The translations under genes and the position numbers were made by a program. A DNA stretch of 64,000 bases from Planctomycetota bacterium (GTDB taxonomy: Bacteria > Planctomycetota > UBA1135 > UBA2386): contig OZ245006.1 of assembly GCA_965223545.1 (NCBI GenBank), positions 1,216,001-1,280,000 of the forward strand, given 5' to 3'. This document shows, piece by piece, positions 8,263 to 19,130 of this stretch. The first letter of the stretch is position 1. Every line of letters starts with the position of its first letter. Under the pieces are notes generated by a model. The model had not been told where the DNA came from, searched no databases, and worked only from the letters and a program-made list of their open reading frames with translations.

Positions 8263-10494
8263 TCACCGCGACTGCTCGAGGCCACCGGCGAGGCGAACAC
8301 AATGCAGCGCGCCGAGTCCCAGGGCGATCTCCCGCTTCGCCACCAACGCCCCTTCGCGATACACGACCACTCGGCGCGCCCGCGCACTGACTCTCACGGT
8401 TTCCGAACGGCCGGCGTGCAAGCGGCCTCGCGTCGAAACTTCCCACTGCAAGCCTCGGAAATGGTGCAACGGCAACGGGCACCCATCCTCGGCGAGGATC
8501 GCGAAGCACTCCCCTCCGCGGGGCGCCACCAACTCGATCCGCAGGCGGACCGCGCGCTGCACGACGACGGTCAACGCTCGATCGGCAGAGAGGTCCCGGC
8601 GCAGCGGCAGCACGCCAACGCCGCGGACCTCGAGCACCGGCTGCACACGCGGAACGTCGCGCAACCTGAACGACCCGTCCCGACCGGTCGTGATGCTCGT
8701 GCGCCAACGCGTCGACGCCGCATCGCCGAAGGAAGCAGAGATGTCCGTCCCAACGCGCACTTCAGCCGCAGCGACCGCCCGACCCAGGTCGTCGACCACT
8801 CGCCCGTGCATTTCGCCCAGAACCTCGGTCGGGTCGAGGACCACGGTGAGCACATCTCCGCTGGTCCGCGGCAGCGGCACATTCACCCTCGTCAACGACT
8901 TCGGTTCGATCACCGCGAGCTCACCGGTCGCTGGCGCGAGCTCGCAGATCTCGAACCACCCCCCTGCGGCTGTGATCGCGTCGGCGGACTGCCGAGCGCC
9001 ATCGCGGCGACTCGCAGCACCGACACCCCACACCTCGACTCCCGCCAACCCGCGTCCATCGGGGTCGCAGACCCGACCACGAACTGTTCGTGCCGCGGGG
9101 GGTTTTGGCCCGGGCTCGCCGGCCGCACTCCCCACCAGTGTCACCGGCAGCCGAGGACCGATGGCCTCGACCGCGAACGCCCGCTCGATGAAGCCGGCCT
9201 TCCGAACGCGCACTACCGCACCGGGCACAACCGGAAGCGTCAGCCCGAAACAGCCATCTGCGTCGGCGTCGACGGCTGTGCCCACGGTGCTGGCGGCGTC
9301 CAGTGCGACGGCCAGCCGAGCGCGGAAGTCCGCAGGCAACACGACACGGCATCGGGCGCCGGCAACCGGTTGCCCGCTCGTGTCGAGCACGCGCCCGACG
9401 ACGGCGCGCGGGCGCGCAACCACGACGTTGACTTCACAGGGCCCTTGCGCGGCCGTCTCCCCCGCCAGCACGGTGACCCAAGACTCGGACACAACATCGA
9501 TGCGACCGCCCGGCCAGTATCGGTGAAAGGAGAACCGCCCGTGGGCATCGCTGATGCTCACCAGTTCGCCGTTGGCCCGCGCGGGGGCGTGGGGTCGAAG
9601 CCGTACCACAGCAGCTGCGACCGGCAGGCCGGTGTCTGCCAGCACTCGACCGCGCAGCACGACACCCGGCTCGAGAGTGGCCGCGGAGTTGATGGCGGTG
9701 GGCACGGCGACGGCGGAGGCCTGCGCCCGCGGCTCGAGGGGCGCGGTCGCCGCGCGCGGAGTGGCGCCAGCCCGGTCTTTGCCGGCGGACAGCGCCGCGA
9801 TCGAAACCGCACTCGTCGGCAGCGGGGGCAACGGTCCCGTCCCGCAGCTCCGCCACGCACCGGCCGGCAGCGCGAGGACGAGACCGGCGGCCAGCGCCCA
9901 GCGCGCAAACGCCATCCTACGCCCCATGGGTCGACCGACACACAGCGCGACGAGGGCGGGAAACCAACCGCGACCGTCGTCCCTGGTCCGGCGTCGCAGC
10001 TGTTCGCGAATCGCCGCCTGCGCGCGCGCCAACCTGGTCTTCACCGTCGATACCGGCACACCGAGACGGGCGGCGATCTCCGCAGGCTTGCAGTCGTCGT
10101 AGAACCGCAGCAGAACGACATCTCGGTAGTGGGGAGCGAGCCCATCCACCACGTCGGCCAGCAGCGCCTGGGTCTCCTTGTGCTCGATCGTGTCGAGCGC
10201 GGAAGGCAGACCCTCGGGTTGCGCGCAGGCGCGCTCCCGCCGCTGACGGCGGCAGCGCCGGCGCTGCTCCAGCGCCGCCAGGTTCTTCACCACCCGAGCG
10301 AAGAAGCGGCGCGGCGCACGCGGCGGTCCACCGCCTGCCAAGGCCGCGAGCATCGATTCCTGCACGAGATCGTCGGCTTCGTGGCCATCGCTCACCAACT
10401 TGCGAGCCAGCGAGCGGGCCCAGGTGGCGTCACGCACCCACTCGCTCGAGGGCGGTGTCGCATCGCGGTCACGATCCGATGGACAGTCCATCAC
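8263..10494 (-). CDS. ECF sigma factor fused to a TM segment and carboxypeptidase-regulatory-like repeats
   Basis: ADDLVQESMLAAL (sigma2); LAPHYRDVVLLRFYDDCKPAEIAARLGVPVSTVKTRLARA (sigma4); hydrophobic WALAAGLVLALPAGAW; repeats GRVLADTGLPVAAA, GRVLDTSGQPVAGA, GRVCDPDGRGLAGV and GRVVDDLGRAVAAA. Confidence 0.9.
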   Translation of the reverse strand: MMDCPSDRDRDATPPSSEWVRDATWARSLARKLVSDGHEADDLVQESMLAALAGGGPPRAPRRFFARVVKNLAALEQRRRCRRQRRERACAQPEGLPSALDTIEHKETQALLADVVDGLAPHYRDVVLLRFYDDCKPAEIAARLGVPVSTVKTRLARAQAAIREQLRRRTRDDGRGWFPALVALCVGRPMGRRMAFARWALAAGLVLALPAGAWRSCGTGPLPPLPTSAVSIAALSAGKDRAGATPRAATAPLEPRAQASAVAVPTAINSAATLEPGVVLRGRVLADTGLPVAAAVVRLRPHAPARANGELVSISDAHGRFSFHRYWPGGRIDVVSESWVTVLAGETAAQGPCEVNVVVARPRAVVGRVLDTSGQPVAGARCRVVLPADFRARLAVALDAASTVGTAVDADADGCFGLTLPVVPGAVVRVRKAGFIERAFAVEAIGPRLPVTLVGSAAGEPGPKPPAARTVRGRVCDPDGRGLAGVEVWGVGAASRRDGARQSADAITAAGGWFEICELAPATGELAVIEPKSLTRVNVPLPRTSGDVLTVVLDPTEVLGEMHGRVVDDLGRAVAAAEVRVGTDISASFGDAASTRWRTSITTGRDGSFRLRDVPRVQPVLEVRGVGVLPLRRDLSADRALTVVVQRAVRLRIELVAPRGGECFAILAEDGCPLPLHHFRGLQWEVSTRGRLHAGRSETVRVSARARRVVVYREGALVAKREIALGLGALHCVRLAGGLEQSR

Positions 10495-10504
10495 ATCCCA
10501 CGAA

Positions 10505-10531
10505 GTTGCCGCAACCAGTGAAACGGACTCA
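10505..10531 (-). promoter_or_regulatory. Putative autoregulatory ECF promoter, copy C
   Basis: Minus strand tGAGTCCGtttcactggttGCGGCAAC, ending about 10 nt before the sigma start codon, so the transcript would be nearly leaderless. Confidence 0.65.
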
Positions 10532-10641
10532 CCGAACTCGAGCTTGTGACTCCGGCTGCGTCCCCAGGGCCGAGGAATCCCCTGCGTTGCGGGCCCGGTC
10601 CACGGCGCACTCTCCGAGACGCTATCCTTCGCTGCGCTTTC

Positions 10642-11781
10642 ATGAGAACCCTCCGCATGCTAATCCATCGCACTCGCTTGCCGACCATTGCCGCGGTCTG
10701 CGCCGCCGCGACACCACTGGTGGCGCAGCGCGACTCCACCGCGATCGAGTGGGAATCGTCGCTCGCATCGGCCCTGCGCGCGGCCGCCAAAGACTCCCGC
10801 AAGATTGCGATCTACTTCTGGATCGGCGACAGCGACTACTGCCGGCGCATGTGGGAAGAGACCCTTGGTCGTGACCGGGCGGTGGCCGAGCTGTCACAGT
10901 TCGTCTGCCTCAGCACGCGCGCCGATCAGGAGCACGCCGCGGCTTTGATGCAGCGTTTCGCCGTGACCAAGCTGCCCACGATGCTCTTTGCTGCTTCGGA
11001 TGGGCAAGCGGAGGATGCGATTCGCGGCTTCATCGACCTCGATGCCTTCGTCGCCGAATGTCGTCGCATTCGAACCGGCGACAAGACCGTCAGCGACTGG
11101 CGCCGCCGGTGCCACGCTGCCCCCGATGACCTCGATGCGCGGCTGCAGCTCGCGCTACAGCTGCGGCACGTCGGCGAGCGCGACGAAAGCGCACACCTCA
11201 TCGCATCGATCAAGCGCGCCGACCCCAAGGGCGCTTCCGTGGCGGGCGCCCAACTGCGACTCTACGACGTGTTCGACGAAGTGCGCGCCAGCGCGGCGGA
11301 CGCCAGCGACCCCAGCACCTATGACTTGACCCCGCTGTACGCGCACCTACCGGTGGTGCGACCTCGCGCGGTCCTGCACGAAGCCTGGCGGTGGATTGCC
11401 GATGTCGAGCACCAGCGTGGCGATCGCCCACACGAGCGAACGGCACTGGCGGAGACCTGGCGGCATGCGACCGAGGGCAAGCCACGCGCCGACGCGAGCG
11501 CCACGCTTCTGCAGCGCTACACGGACATGGGCGACGAGCTCAACGAGGCCGAACGCGCACTCGCGTTGGAGGTCGCCCATTGGTTGCGCGATGCAGCCCG
11601 CGCCCACCCCGAGGCTCCCGCGAACTACGTGCACCACGCGCACGCGATGGCGCTGTTCCTCAACCACCGGCTCGACCAAGCCATCGACCAGCTGCAAAAC
11701 GCGATCGAGCTCGCGCCCGATGAGGCCGACCACCGGCAACTCCTCGAACGCGTGCGCCAAGCGCAACGCGCTCGTCGTTGA
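10642..11781 (+). CDS. Secreted thioredoxin-like (SxxC) + TPR protein; paralog of the N-terminal part of 6266-8221
   Basis: IEWESSLASALRAAAKDSRKIAIYFWIGDSDYCRRMW...FAVTKLPTMLF and a C-terminal TPR (QAIDQLQNAIELAPD). Start (ATG 10642 or 10657) is uncertain. Confidence 0.82.
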   Translation: MRTLRMLIHRTRLPTIAAVCAAATPLVAQRDSTAIEWESSLASALRAAAKDSRKIAIYFWIGDSDYCRRMWEETLGRDRAVAELSQFVCLSTRADQEHAAALMQRFAVTKLPTMLFAASDGQAEDAIRGFIDLDAFVAECRRIRTGDKTVSDWRRRCHAAPDDLDARLQLALQLRHVGERDESAHLIASIKRADPKGASVAGAQLRLYDVFDEVRASAADASDPSTYDLTPLYAHLPVVRPRAVLHEAWRWIADVEHQRGDRPHERTALAETWRHATEGKPRADASATLLQRYTDMGDELNEAERALALEVAHWLRDAARAHPEAPANYVHHAHAMALFLNHRLDQAIDQLQNAIELAPDEADHRQLLERVRQAQRARR

Positions 11782-11898
11782 GCCGGGGTCCGTTCCTGGA
11801 GTTGCTCCCGCCGACCGCGGCAGATCACCGCGGGGAACGTCGCCCGAGGGCCGGCCGGCGCGCCGCAACGCGTCGCGAGCGGCGCTAACTTTGACGCC

Positions 11899-12645
11899 AT
11901 GAAGTACTCCCTCCTGCCCGCGATCGCGCTGTGTGTGACCCCAGCGACCGCCCAACTCCAGTCGGTCGTCGGCCCGGTCATCGCGCCGCTCGGGTGCTCC
12001 GTCCGGATCTCGTTTTCCAACGACACCGCACAGAGCTGGAGCCACGGCGTCTGCCCGTACGTCGTGCGCGACGCCGCTGGCCAGCAGATCGCGCCGGGCG
12101 CCTGCACGTTGCAGCTGGCGATCACCGCACCCGGTGGCACGTTCTCGACGAGCTGGCCACAGATCGATGCGCAGGGCAACCAGGTGTTGCCCGGCTCGTA
12201 CGTGGTCGAAGTGATGCTGCCCGATGGCACCAGCCACCAGCATCCAATCACGATCTCGCCGTCGACGACCCCCGCGGTCGCCCCGATCGGCGTGGCGCGC
12301 ACCGGCACGACGCGCAACTACGGGTTGTGCGCACCGTCCCAACCCAACGGCGCCTACCTCATGCTGGCGTCGCTGACCGCGAACCAGGGTTTCGCCACCT
12401 GCAGCGGTCGGTTTCCGCTGGACGCGGACCCCCTTCTGTTCCACTCGGCCACCGGCCAGGCGCCGTTCGTCGGTTTCGCCGGTCCGCTCGACGCCCGCGG
12501 CGAGACCACGGCGCCCGCGCTCGCGCTGCCGCAACTGCCAGCGCTGGTCGGCCTGCCACTGCACTTCGCCTTTGCCGCGGTCGATCCGAGCCAACCGTGC
12601 CCGGTGGCGGCGATCTCCACCGCGCAGCGCATCGTCATCGGTTGA
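11899..12645 (+). CDS. Small secreted protein with an Ig/FlgD-like domain and the shared C-terminal domain
   Basis: Signal peptide MKYSLLPAIALCVTPATA|Q. WPQIDAQGNQVLPGSYVVEV resembles the FlgD-Ig motif. The C-terminus resembles those of the sulfatase and the M14 peptidase. Confidence 0.8.
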   Translation: MKYSLLPAIALCVTPATAQLQSVVGPVIAPLGCSVRISFSNDTAQSWSHGVCPYVVRDAAGQQIAPGACTLQLAITAPGGTFSTSWPQIDAQGNQVLPGSYVVEVMLPDGTSHQHPITISPSTTPAVAPIGVARTGTTRNYGLCAPSQPNGAYLMLASLTANQGFATCSGRFPLDADPLLFHSATGQAPFVGFAGPLDARGETTAPALALPQLPALVGLPLHFAFAAVDPSQPCPVAAISTAQRIVIG

Positions 12646-12666
12646 TGCGCCCGCGCGGCGGCGCCG

Positions 12667-14679
<2,013 letters not shown>

Positions 14680-14694
14680 GCGCGCCGCGCGCGC

Positions 14695-15426
14695 TCACTC
14701 CGCGAACAGGCGCCGGGACAAGTTCCCGTAGTTGCGGTAGGGCACGAGGTCTGGCATCCCGTTGGCATAGCGCCACACCAGATCGCGCACGCTCGTGCGC
14801 GGCACCGCAATCAACGAGCTCGACACGGTGCCGTAGTCGGCGCCGCGCTTGAGCACCGGGTGACGATCGCCGCCGCCCGGATCGACCAGCACTGGCGCGA
14901 GCGCATCCAGGCGCTGGATCGGCGTGAGGCCGGGCGCCCGCGCGGCATCGGTCGCGGCGAACGACAGGATGTCGGGTCCGTGCTCGTTGGTGACCACCAC
15001 CGTTTGGGCCGACAGCTCTGCGACCTGCAGGTCGCCGCCATCGCTGGCCACGCGCCAGCACGAGCCCGCGTCGGCCACCAGCAGCTGGAACGGATTGGAG
15101 GGAGCGCGACCCGCCTCCGCCGCGGCGGCGCGGGCGCCGCTCTCCGCGTCATCGGCGTCGAGTGCGGCGTGCGGCAGGCGGCCGCGCGATGGCGCATCGG
15201 GGCGCAGAGGGCCTAAGGCGTTGGTCAAACCGGCGACGACCCCGCGGTCGTTGACGCCCAACCAAGTGCCGCCGGCGCGGCGATCGCGCGGTGCCAGCGC
15301 ACGGCGCCGGGCGCCGACCCAAAGGCCGGGGGGCGCCGCGCGCCGCTCGCGCTGCTCGTCCCGGTTGTTGGCGATCAGCAGCGACAGCGATGGATCGACA
15401 TCCCGCAGCAGAATCAACAGGCACAT
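14695..15426 (-). CDS. NRDE/TANGO2 family protein
   Basis: MCLL...IANNRDE...R, APRDRRAGGTWLGVN, SRGRL and YGTVSSS. The start is the Met-Cys ATG at 15426. Confidence 0.9.
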   Translation of the reverse strand: MCLLILLRDVDPSLSLLIANNRDEQRERRAAPPGLWVGARRRALAPRDRRAGGTWLGVNDRGVVAGLTNALGPLRPDAPSRGRLPHAALDADDAESGARAAAAEAGRAPSNPFQLLVADAGSCWRVASDGGDLQVAELSAQTVVVTNEHGPDILSFAATDAARAPGLTPIQRLDALAPVLVDPGGGDRHPVLKRGADYGTVSSSLIAVPRTSVRDLVWRYANGMPDLVPYRNYGNLSRRLFAE

Positions 15427-15496
15427 CCGCGGGGCAGCGTGGCGCGCCGGCGCGCGGAGCACAAGAAGGAACACCGCGGCGCTTTGGCGGCGTAGC

Positions 15497-15982
15497 ATGG
15501 CGAGGACCGTGTCCACCGACCTGGAGCTCCGCACCGAGGCGCGCGACCCGGAAGATCGCGCGGTACAGCGCTGCATGCAGGCCTACCTCGACGAGCTGGC
15601 GGCGGCGCTGCCCGGCGGCTTCGATCCGAAGCGATCGGTGAGTGCCGACCCGGACGAGCTGCGGCCACCGGACGGCGGGGTGCTCGTCCTGATGTCCGGC
15701 GAGGCGACAATGGGGTGCGGCGCGTTCAAGCGGCTCGAACCCGGCGTCGCCGAGATCAAGCGCATGTGGTTGGCGCCCCGCGCCCGCGGCCAAGGCCTGG
15801 GGCGCGTGCTGTTGGCGGCACTCGAGAGCGCGTGCCGCGCCGCCGGGCACCGGATCGTCCGCCTCGACACCAACGCGCATCTCGAAGCTGCCATCGGGCT
15901 CTATCGGAGCAGTGGCTATCGCGAACGATCGGCCTACAACGACAACCCCTACGCCGCGCTGTGGTTCGAGAAGGTGCTGTGA
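15497..15982 (+). CDS. GNAT family N-acetyltransferase
   Basis: GCGAFKRL...AEIKRMWLAPRARGQGLGRVLL...VRLDTN...AIGLYRSSGY...YNDNPYA. Confidence 0.9.
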   Translation: MARTVSTDLELRTEARDPEDRAVQRCMQAYLDELAAALPGGFDPKRSVSADPDELRPPDGGVLVLMSGEATMGCGAFKRLEPGVAEIKRMWLAPRARGQGLGRVLLAALESACRAAGHRIVRLDTNAHLEAAIGLYRSSGYRERSAYNDNPYAALWFEKVL

Positions 15983-16138
15983 ACGTGGTCTGCACGCGCA
16001 TTGCGATCGAGAAGAGGAGAAGCGTGGCGAGAAAATCGAGTCTGACACCGTACGTATCGTGCGCAGGCCATCGCGACGACACCCGCCGCGACCCACGGCC
16101 TGCGGCTGGCGTTGGCCCCGTGACGCTGTGGCCCGACG

Positions 16139-18982
16139 CTATTCGACGACGAACACCTGTACGCTGCGCGGTGGCATGAAGCCCGGCGCCGCGGCGTCGT
16201 GGTGCTGCAGCTTGATGTCGGTGGTGCCCAGGCCCCAGCCGAAGGTGCTGTCCCCGTTGCCCTGACCGACGAGGTACTCCACCACGCCCGCGCCCGCGGG
16301 GCGCAGCCCCTTGACGACGAAGTCTTGGTCGATGCCGTCATAGTGGGCCGGGTCGAACGACCCGGTCCACGCCGAGGGGAAGTCGGACCAGTTGACGAAG
16401 ACGATGCCGACCCGATCTTCACCCGGAGTGCGCCAAACGCCGTGCATCACGGTCGCCACCGGGTACTGCTGGATGGTCAGGGAGTCCTCGTTGAAGTGCA
16501 GCACGCCCGGCGTCGCCGGCGAGGTCAGCGTCGCCACCGCGGTCGACGGGTTGGGCACCGAAGTCACCACCAGTGGCGGGTAGCCCAGCGGGCCACGCGG
16601 CGGCAGCCGCAGCGGCCGCTCGGCAATGCCACCGCACAGGTACTGGCCGGCCTCGTCGGTGCACGACGTGGCGGCATGCACCCGCTGCAGGAACGCGATC
16701 ACGTCATTCTGCTGCGGCACGCTCGGATCCCGCGCCTCGACCACGCCGTTGCGATTCACGAACAAGGTGAAGTCCTTGTAGTCGTAGAAGAACGGGTACA
16801 CCTGCGGCTTCATGCCCTGCACCAACCGCAGTGCCGTGACCATGCGTGTGTAGTCGGCCCACTGCTGCCAGGTGAGGCCCAAGCCCGGCGGCTGGCCGCC
16901 ACCGAGATCGGCGCGCACGCCGGTCGTGTGCAGCATCACACCGATCGCGTCGGCGCGCGAGTACTCGTGATACACCGGGTTCCACAGCGGCGGGTTGGGG
17001 TTGGCGGTCTCCACCGGGGTGGGGAACGGATTGCCCGCGATCAGATCCAGGACGGTCATCTGCTGCGTCTGCAGCGGCACCGGCTTGATGCCGTGCTGGC
17101 CGAAGTCGTAGTGGCCGGCGTAGAACTCCTGGGCGGCCTCGGTGAGCACGAACGGGATCTCGGGGTGCTGCGCCCCGGTCTTGTCCCGGCCCACTCGCGC
17201 ACGGATTACGTCGAACGCGCGGTTGCCGCCCTCGACGAAGGCGGTGCCGCCGTGGTGGCGGAAGTTGAACGGCAAGGGCCCGTTGGGCGACGGGTAGCGC
17301 AAGAAGCTGCCCTGGCCGCCGAGCGTATCGAGGAACACGCCGCCGAGCTGCGGGGTGGTGTTCATGATGTCGTCGTAGAGCTCGGTACCCATCCACCCCG
17401 GCACTGCGACGGTGTGGCCGAAGTCGACGATCATGCCGCCGGTCGGCAGCGGTGGCGGCTGGGTGCCGTCGCGCAGATAGACGAACCAGTCGGGATCGAA
17501 GCTGGGCCAATCGGCGTCGTTGACGTACAGCGGCAAGGTGTACATCGACATGTTGATGCCGGCGGCGTGGGCGCGCGCGATCTCGTTGCGCGCCTCGGTC
17601 GTCGGCTCCTGGAACGCACCCGCTGCCGCGGTGAACGGCCGTGGATTGTAGCCGGGCCCGATCGGGTCCTCGACGCCATCGCCCTTCAGCCATTTCTGCC
17701 ACTCCATGAACACCGGCGTCGCCGAGCCGTCCGGCTCGCGAAAGACCTGTTGGAAGTCCAGCGCCGTGTCCGTGAAGGTCTGGAACATGGCCGGCAGGTC
17801 GGCGTTGACCTTGTTGAAGACTGAGGTCGCCACCATGACCGAGCTGCGCGGGTAGTCGGGATTGAGCGCGTAGGCCGGATCGGCGACCCCGACCAATCCC
17901 ATCTCGCTGCGCACGAACTCGCGATAGTGGCTGGTGACGTCGTACCAGAACGTGTCGTCAGCCGCTTCGAGCGCGCACAGCACGGCGGGATATCCGCTCT
18001 GGAAGTAGTTGAGCCAGGGTGAGGGCCCGTACTCGGGGAAGTACACCGGCGCCCACCGGTAGTACTCCAGCCCCAGCGGATCGGGCACGCAGTCGTGTTG
18101 GAAGCGCTTGTAGTAGCCCTCGTGGTCCTCGGTCGAGAAGTAGAGGATCTTGCGGAATGCGGTGAACAGCTCGTTGCCGAGCGGAATCGATGTCGGGTCG
18201 CCACCGTACAACGCGCTGAACTGCATCTGCTGCCCGCGCGCCGGGTGCTCCACATCGGCGGACAAGCCGAACAGCCGCCAGAGCGACATCGGCAAGTTGG
18301 TCGCCGGCAGCACGAAGTTGGTCGACAGCGGGATCAGAATTCGTGCCTGCGCGGCGCTGCCAGGCTGGCGTGCGTAGACGATCGGTGCGTGCACCTCATC
18401 CACGGTGTGCTGCTCGGTGCCGCCCGGAATCTGCAGCCGGATCACGCGGCTGTTCCACTCGGCGCGGTTGGGCGACGTCGCGGGGATCTTGACCTCCAGC
18501 TCGACCAACAACACCGACGCCGGGCTCTGGCACGGAATCGCGCAACCCATCCAGCTGAAGATCGCGTGCGTCGGCGCCGATCGCGAGTCGACCCAGGTCT
18601 CGAAGTTGAGCGCGCTGTCGGGCAGCACTTCGGTCGGCGTCTGACTGGTGAGTGGCCGGGTGACGACTTTCCACAGACCGCGCGGCTGGCCCAGCGGCGG
18701 TGTTGCGGCGTAGGCGAAGCGCGTCACCGTGCCGTCCGCCCGCGTGCCGCGGTGGCCGATCTCGGTGAGCACGGCGCCGACTGAGGCATCCCGGGTGAAC
18801 GTCAACGCGATGCGCCGGTCGCCGCTATCGACCGAGCCGACCTGCAGCTGGTCGCCCGGGTTCCAGCGCAGGCGCGACATGCGCAGCTTGGAGAAGGGGG
18901 CACCTTGACCAAATGCCGCAGTGGGGAGCAGACTGACACTGACTGTCACCAGTGCCGCCAGGAGAGCTGTGGTGCGAAGCAT
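16139..18982 (-). CDS. Large secreted protein, possibly glycoside-hydrolase-like (DUF6259-like)
   Basis: Signal peptide ending AFG|Q. Motifs MQFSALY...LYFSTED...KRF, WYDVTSHYREFV, GGVFLDTLGG and LTEA. The family assignment is tentative. Confidence 0.6.
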   Translation of the reverse strand: MLRTTALLAALVTVSVSLLPTAAFGQGAPFSKLRMSRLRWNPGDQLQVGSVDSGDRRIALTFTRDASVGAVLTEIGHRGTRADGTVTRFAYAATPPLGQPRGLWKVVTRPLTSQTPTEVLPDSALNFETWVDSRSAPTHAIFSWMGCAIPCQSPASVLLVELEVKIPATSPNRAEWNSRVIRLQIPGGTEQHTVDEVHAPIVYARQPGSAAQARILIPLSTNFVLPATNLPMSLWRLFGLSADVEHPARGQQMQFSALYGGDPTSIPLGNELFTAFRKILYFSTEDHEGYYKRFQHDCVPDPLGLEYYRWAPVYFPEYGPSPWLNYFQSGYPAVLCALEAADDTFWYDVTSHYREFVRSEMGLVGVADPAYALNPDYPRSSVMVATSVFNKVNADLPAMFQTFTDTALDFQQVFREPDGSATPVFMEWQKWLKGDGVEDPIGPGYNPRPFTAAAGAFQEPTTEARNEIARAHAAGINMSMYTLPLYVNDADWPSFDPDWFVYLRDGTQPPPLPTGGMIVDFGHTVAVPGWMGTELYDDIMNTTPQLGGVFLDTLGGQGSFLRYPSPNGPLPFNFRHHGGTAFVEGGNRAFDVIRARVGRDKTGAQHPEIPFVLTEAAQEFYAGHYDFGQHGIKPVPLQTQQMTVLDLIAGNPFPTPVETANPNPPLWNPVYHEYSRADAIGVMLHTTGVRADLGGGQPPGLGLTWQQWADYTRMVTALRLVQGMKPQVYPFFYDYKDFTLFVNRNGVVEARDPSVPQQNDVIAFLQRVHAATSCTDEAGQYLCGGIAERPLRLPPRGPLGYPPLVVTSVPNPSTAVATLTSPATPGVLHFNEDSLTIQQYPVATVMHGVWRTPGEDRVGIVFVNWSDFPSAWTGSFDPAHYDGIDQDFVVKGLRPAGAGVVEYLVGQGNGDSTFGWGLGTTDIKLQHHDAAAPGFMPPRSVQVFVVE

Positions 18983-19130
18983 GGGATCCCGAAGCGAAAG
19001 AGCCTTCCCGAGTCTCTACCGGACTGCACCGGGCAACCGCGCCAAGGGGCGAAACCCGATTGACTCGAGGCCCGCCAAAACAGCGGACCGTTCGAGCTTC
19101 GCCCTCGGCCGCCGCGCCAGCAAGTCCGCG

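Noticed and set aside
10546..10641. Fourth copy of the ECF motif upstream of the second thioredoxin gene (GTGACTCC at 10546; GAGACGC-N11-GCGCTTTC near 10616)
   Set aside because: Only the upstream half resembles the consensus and GCGGCAAC is missing, so it was not counted.
19008..19036. GAGTCTC...GGGCAAC upstream of the sulfatase as another regulon member or a c-di-GMP riboswitch
   Set aside because: The spacing is 2 nt longer with mismatches, and the riboswitch consensus is incomplete.
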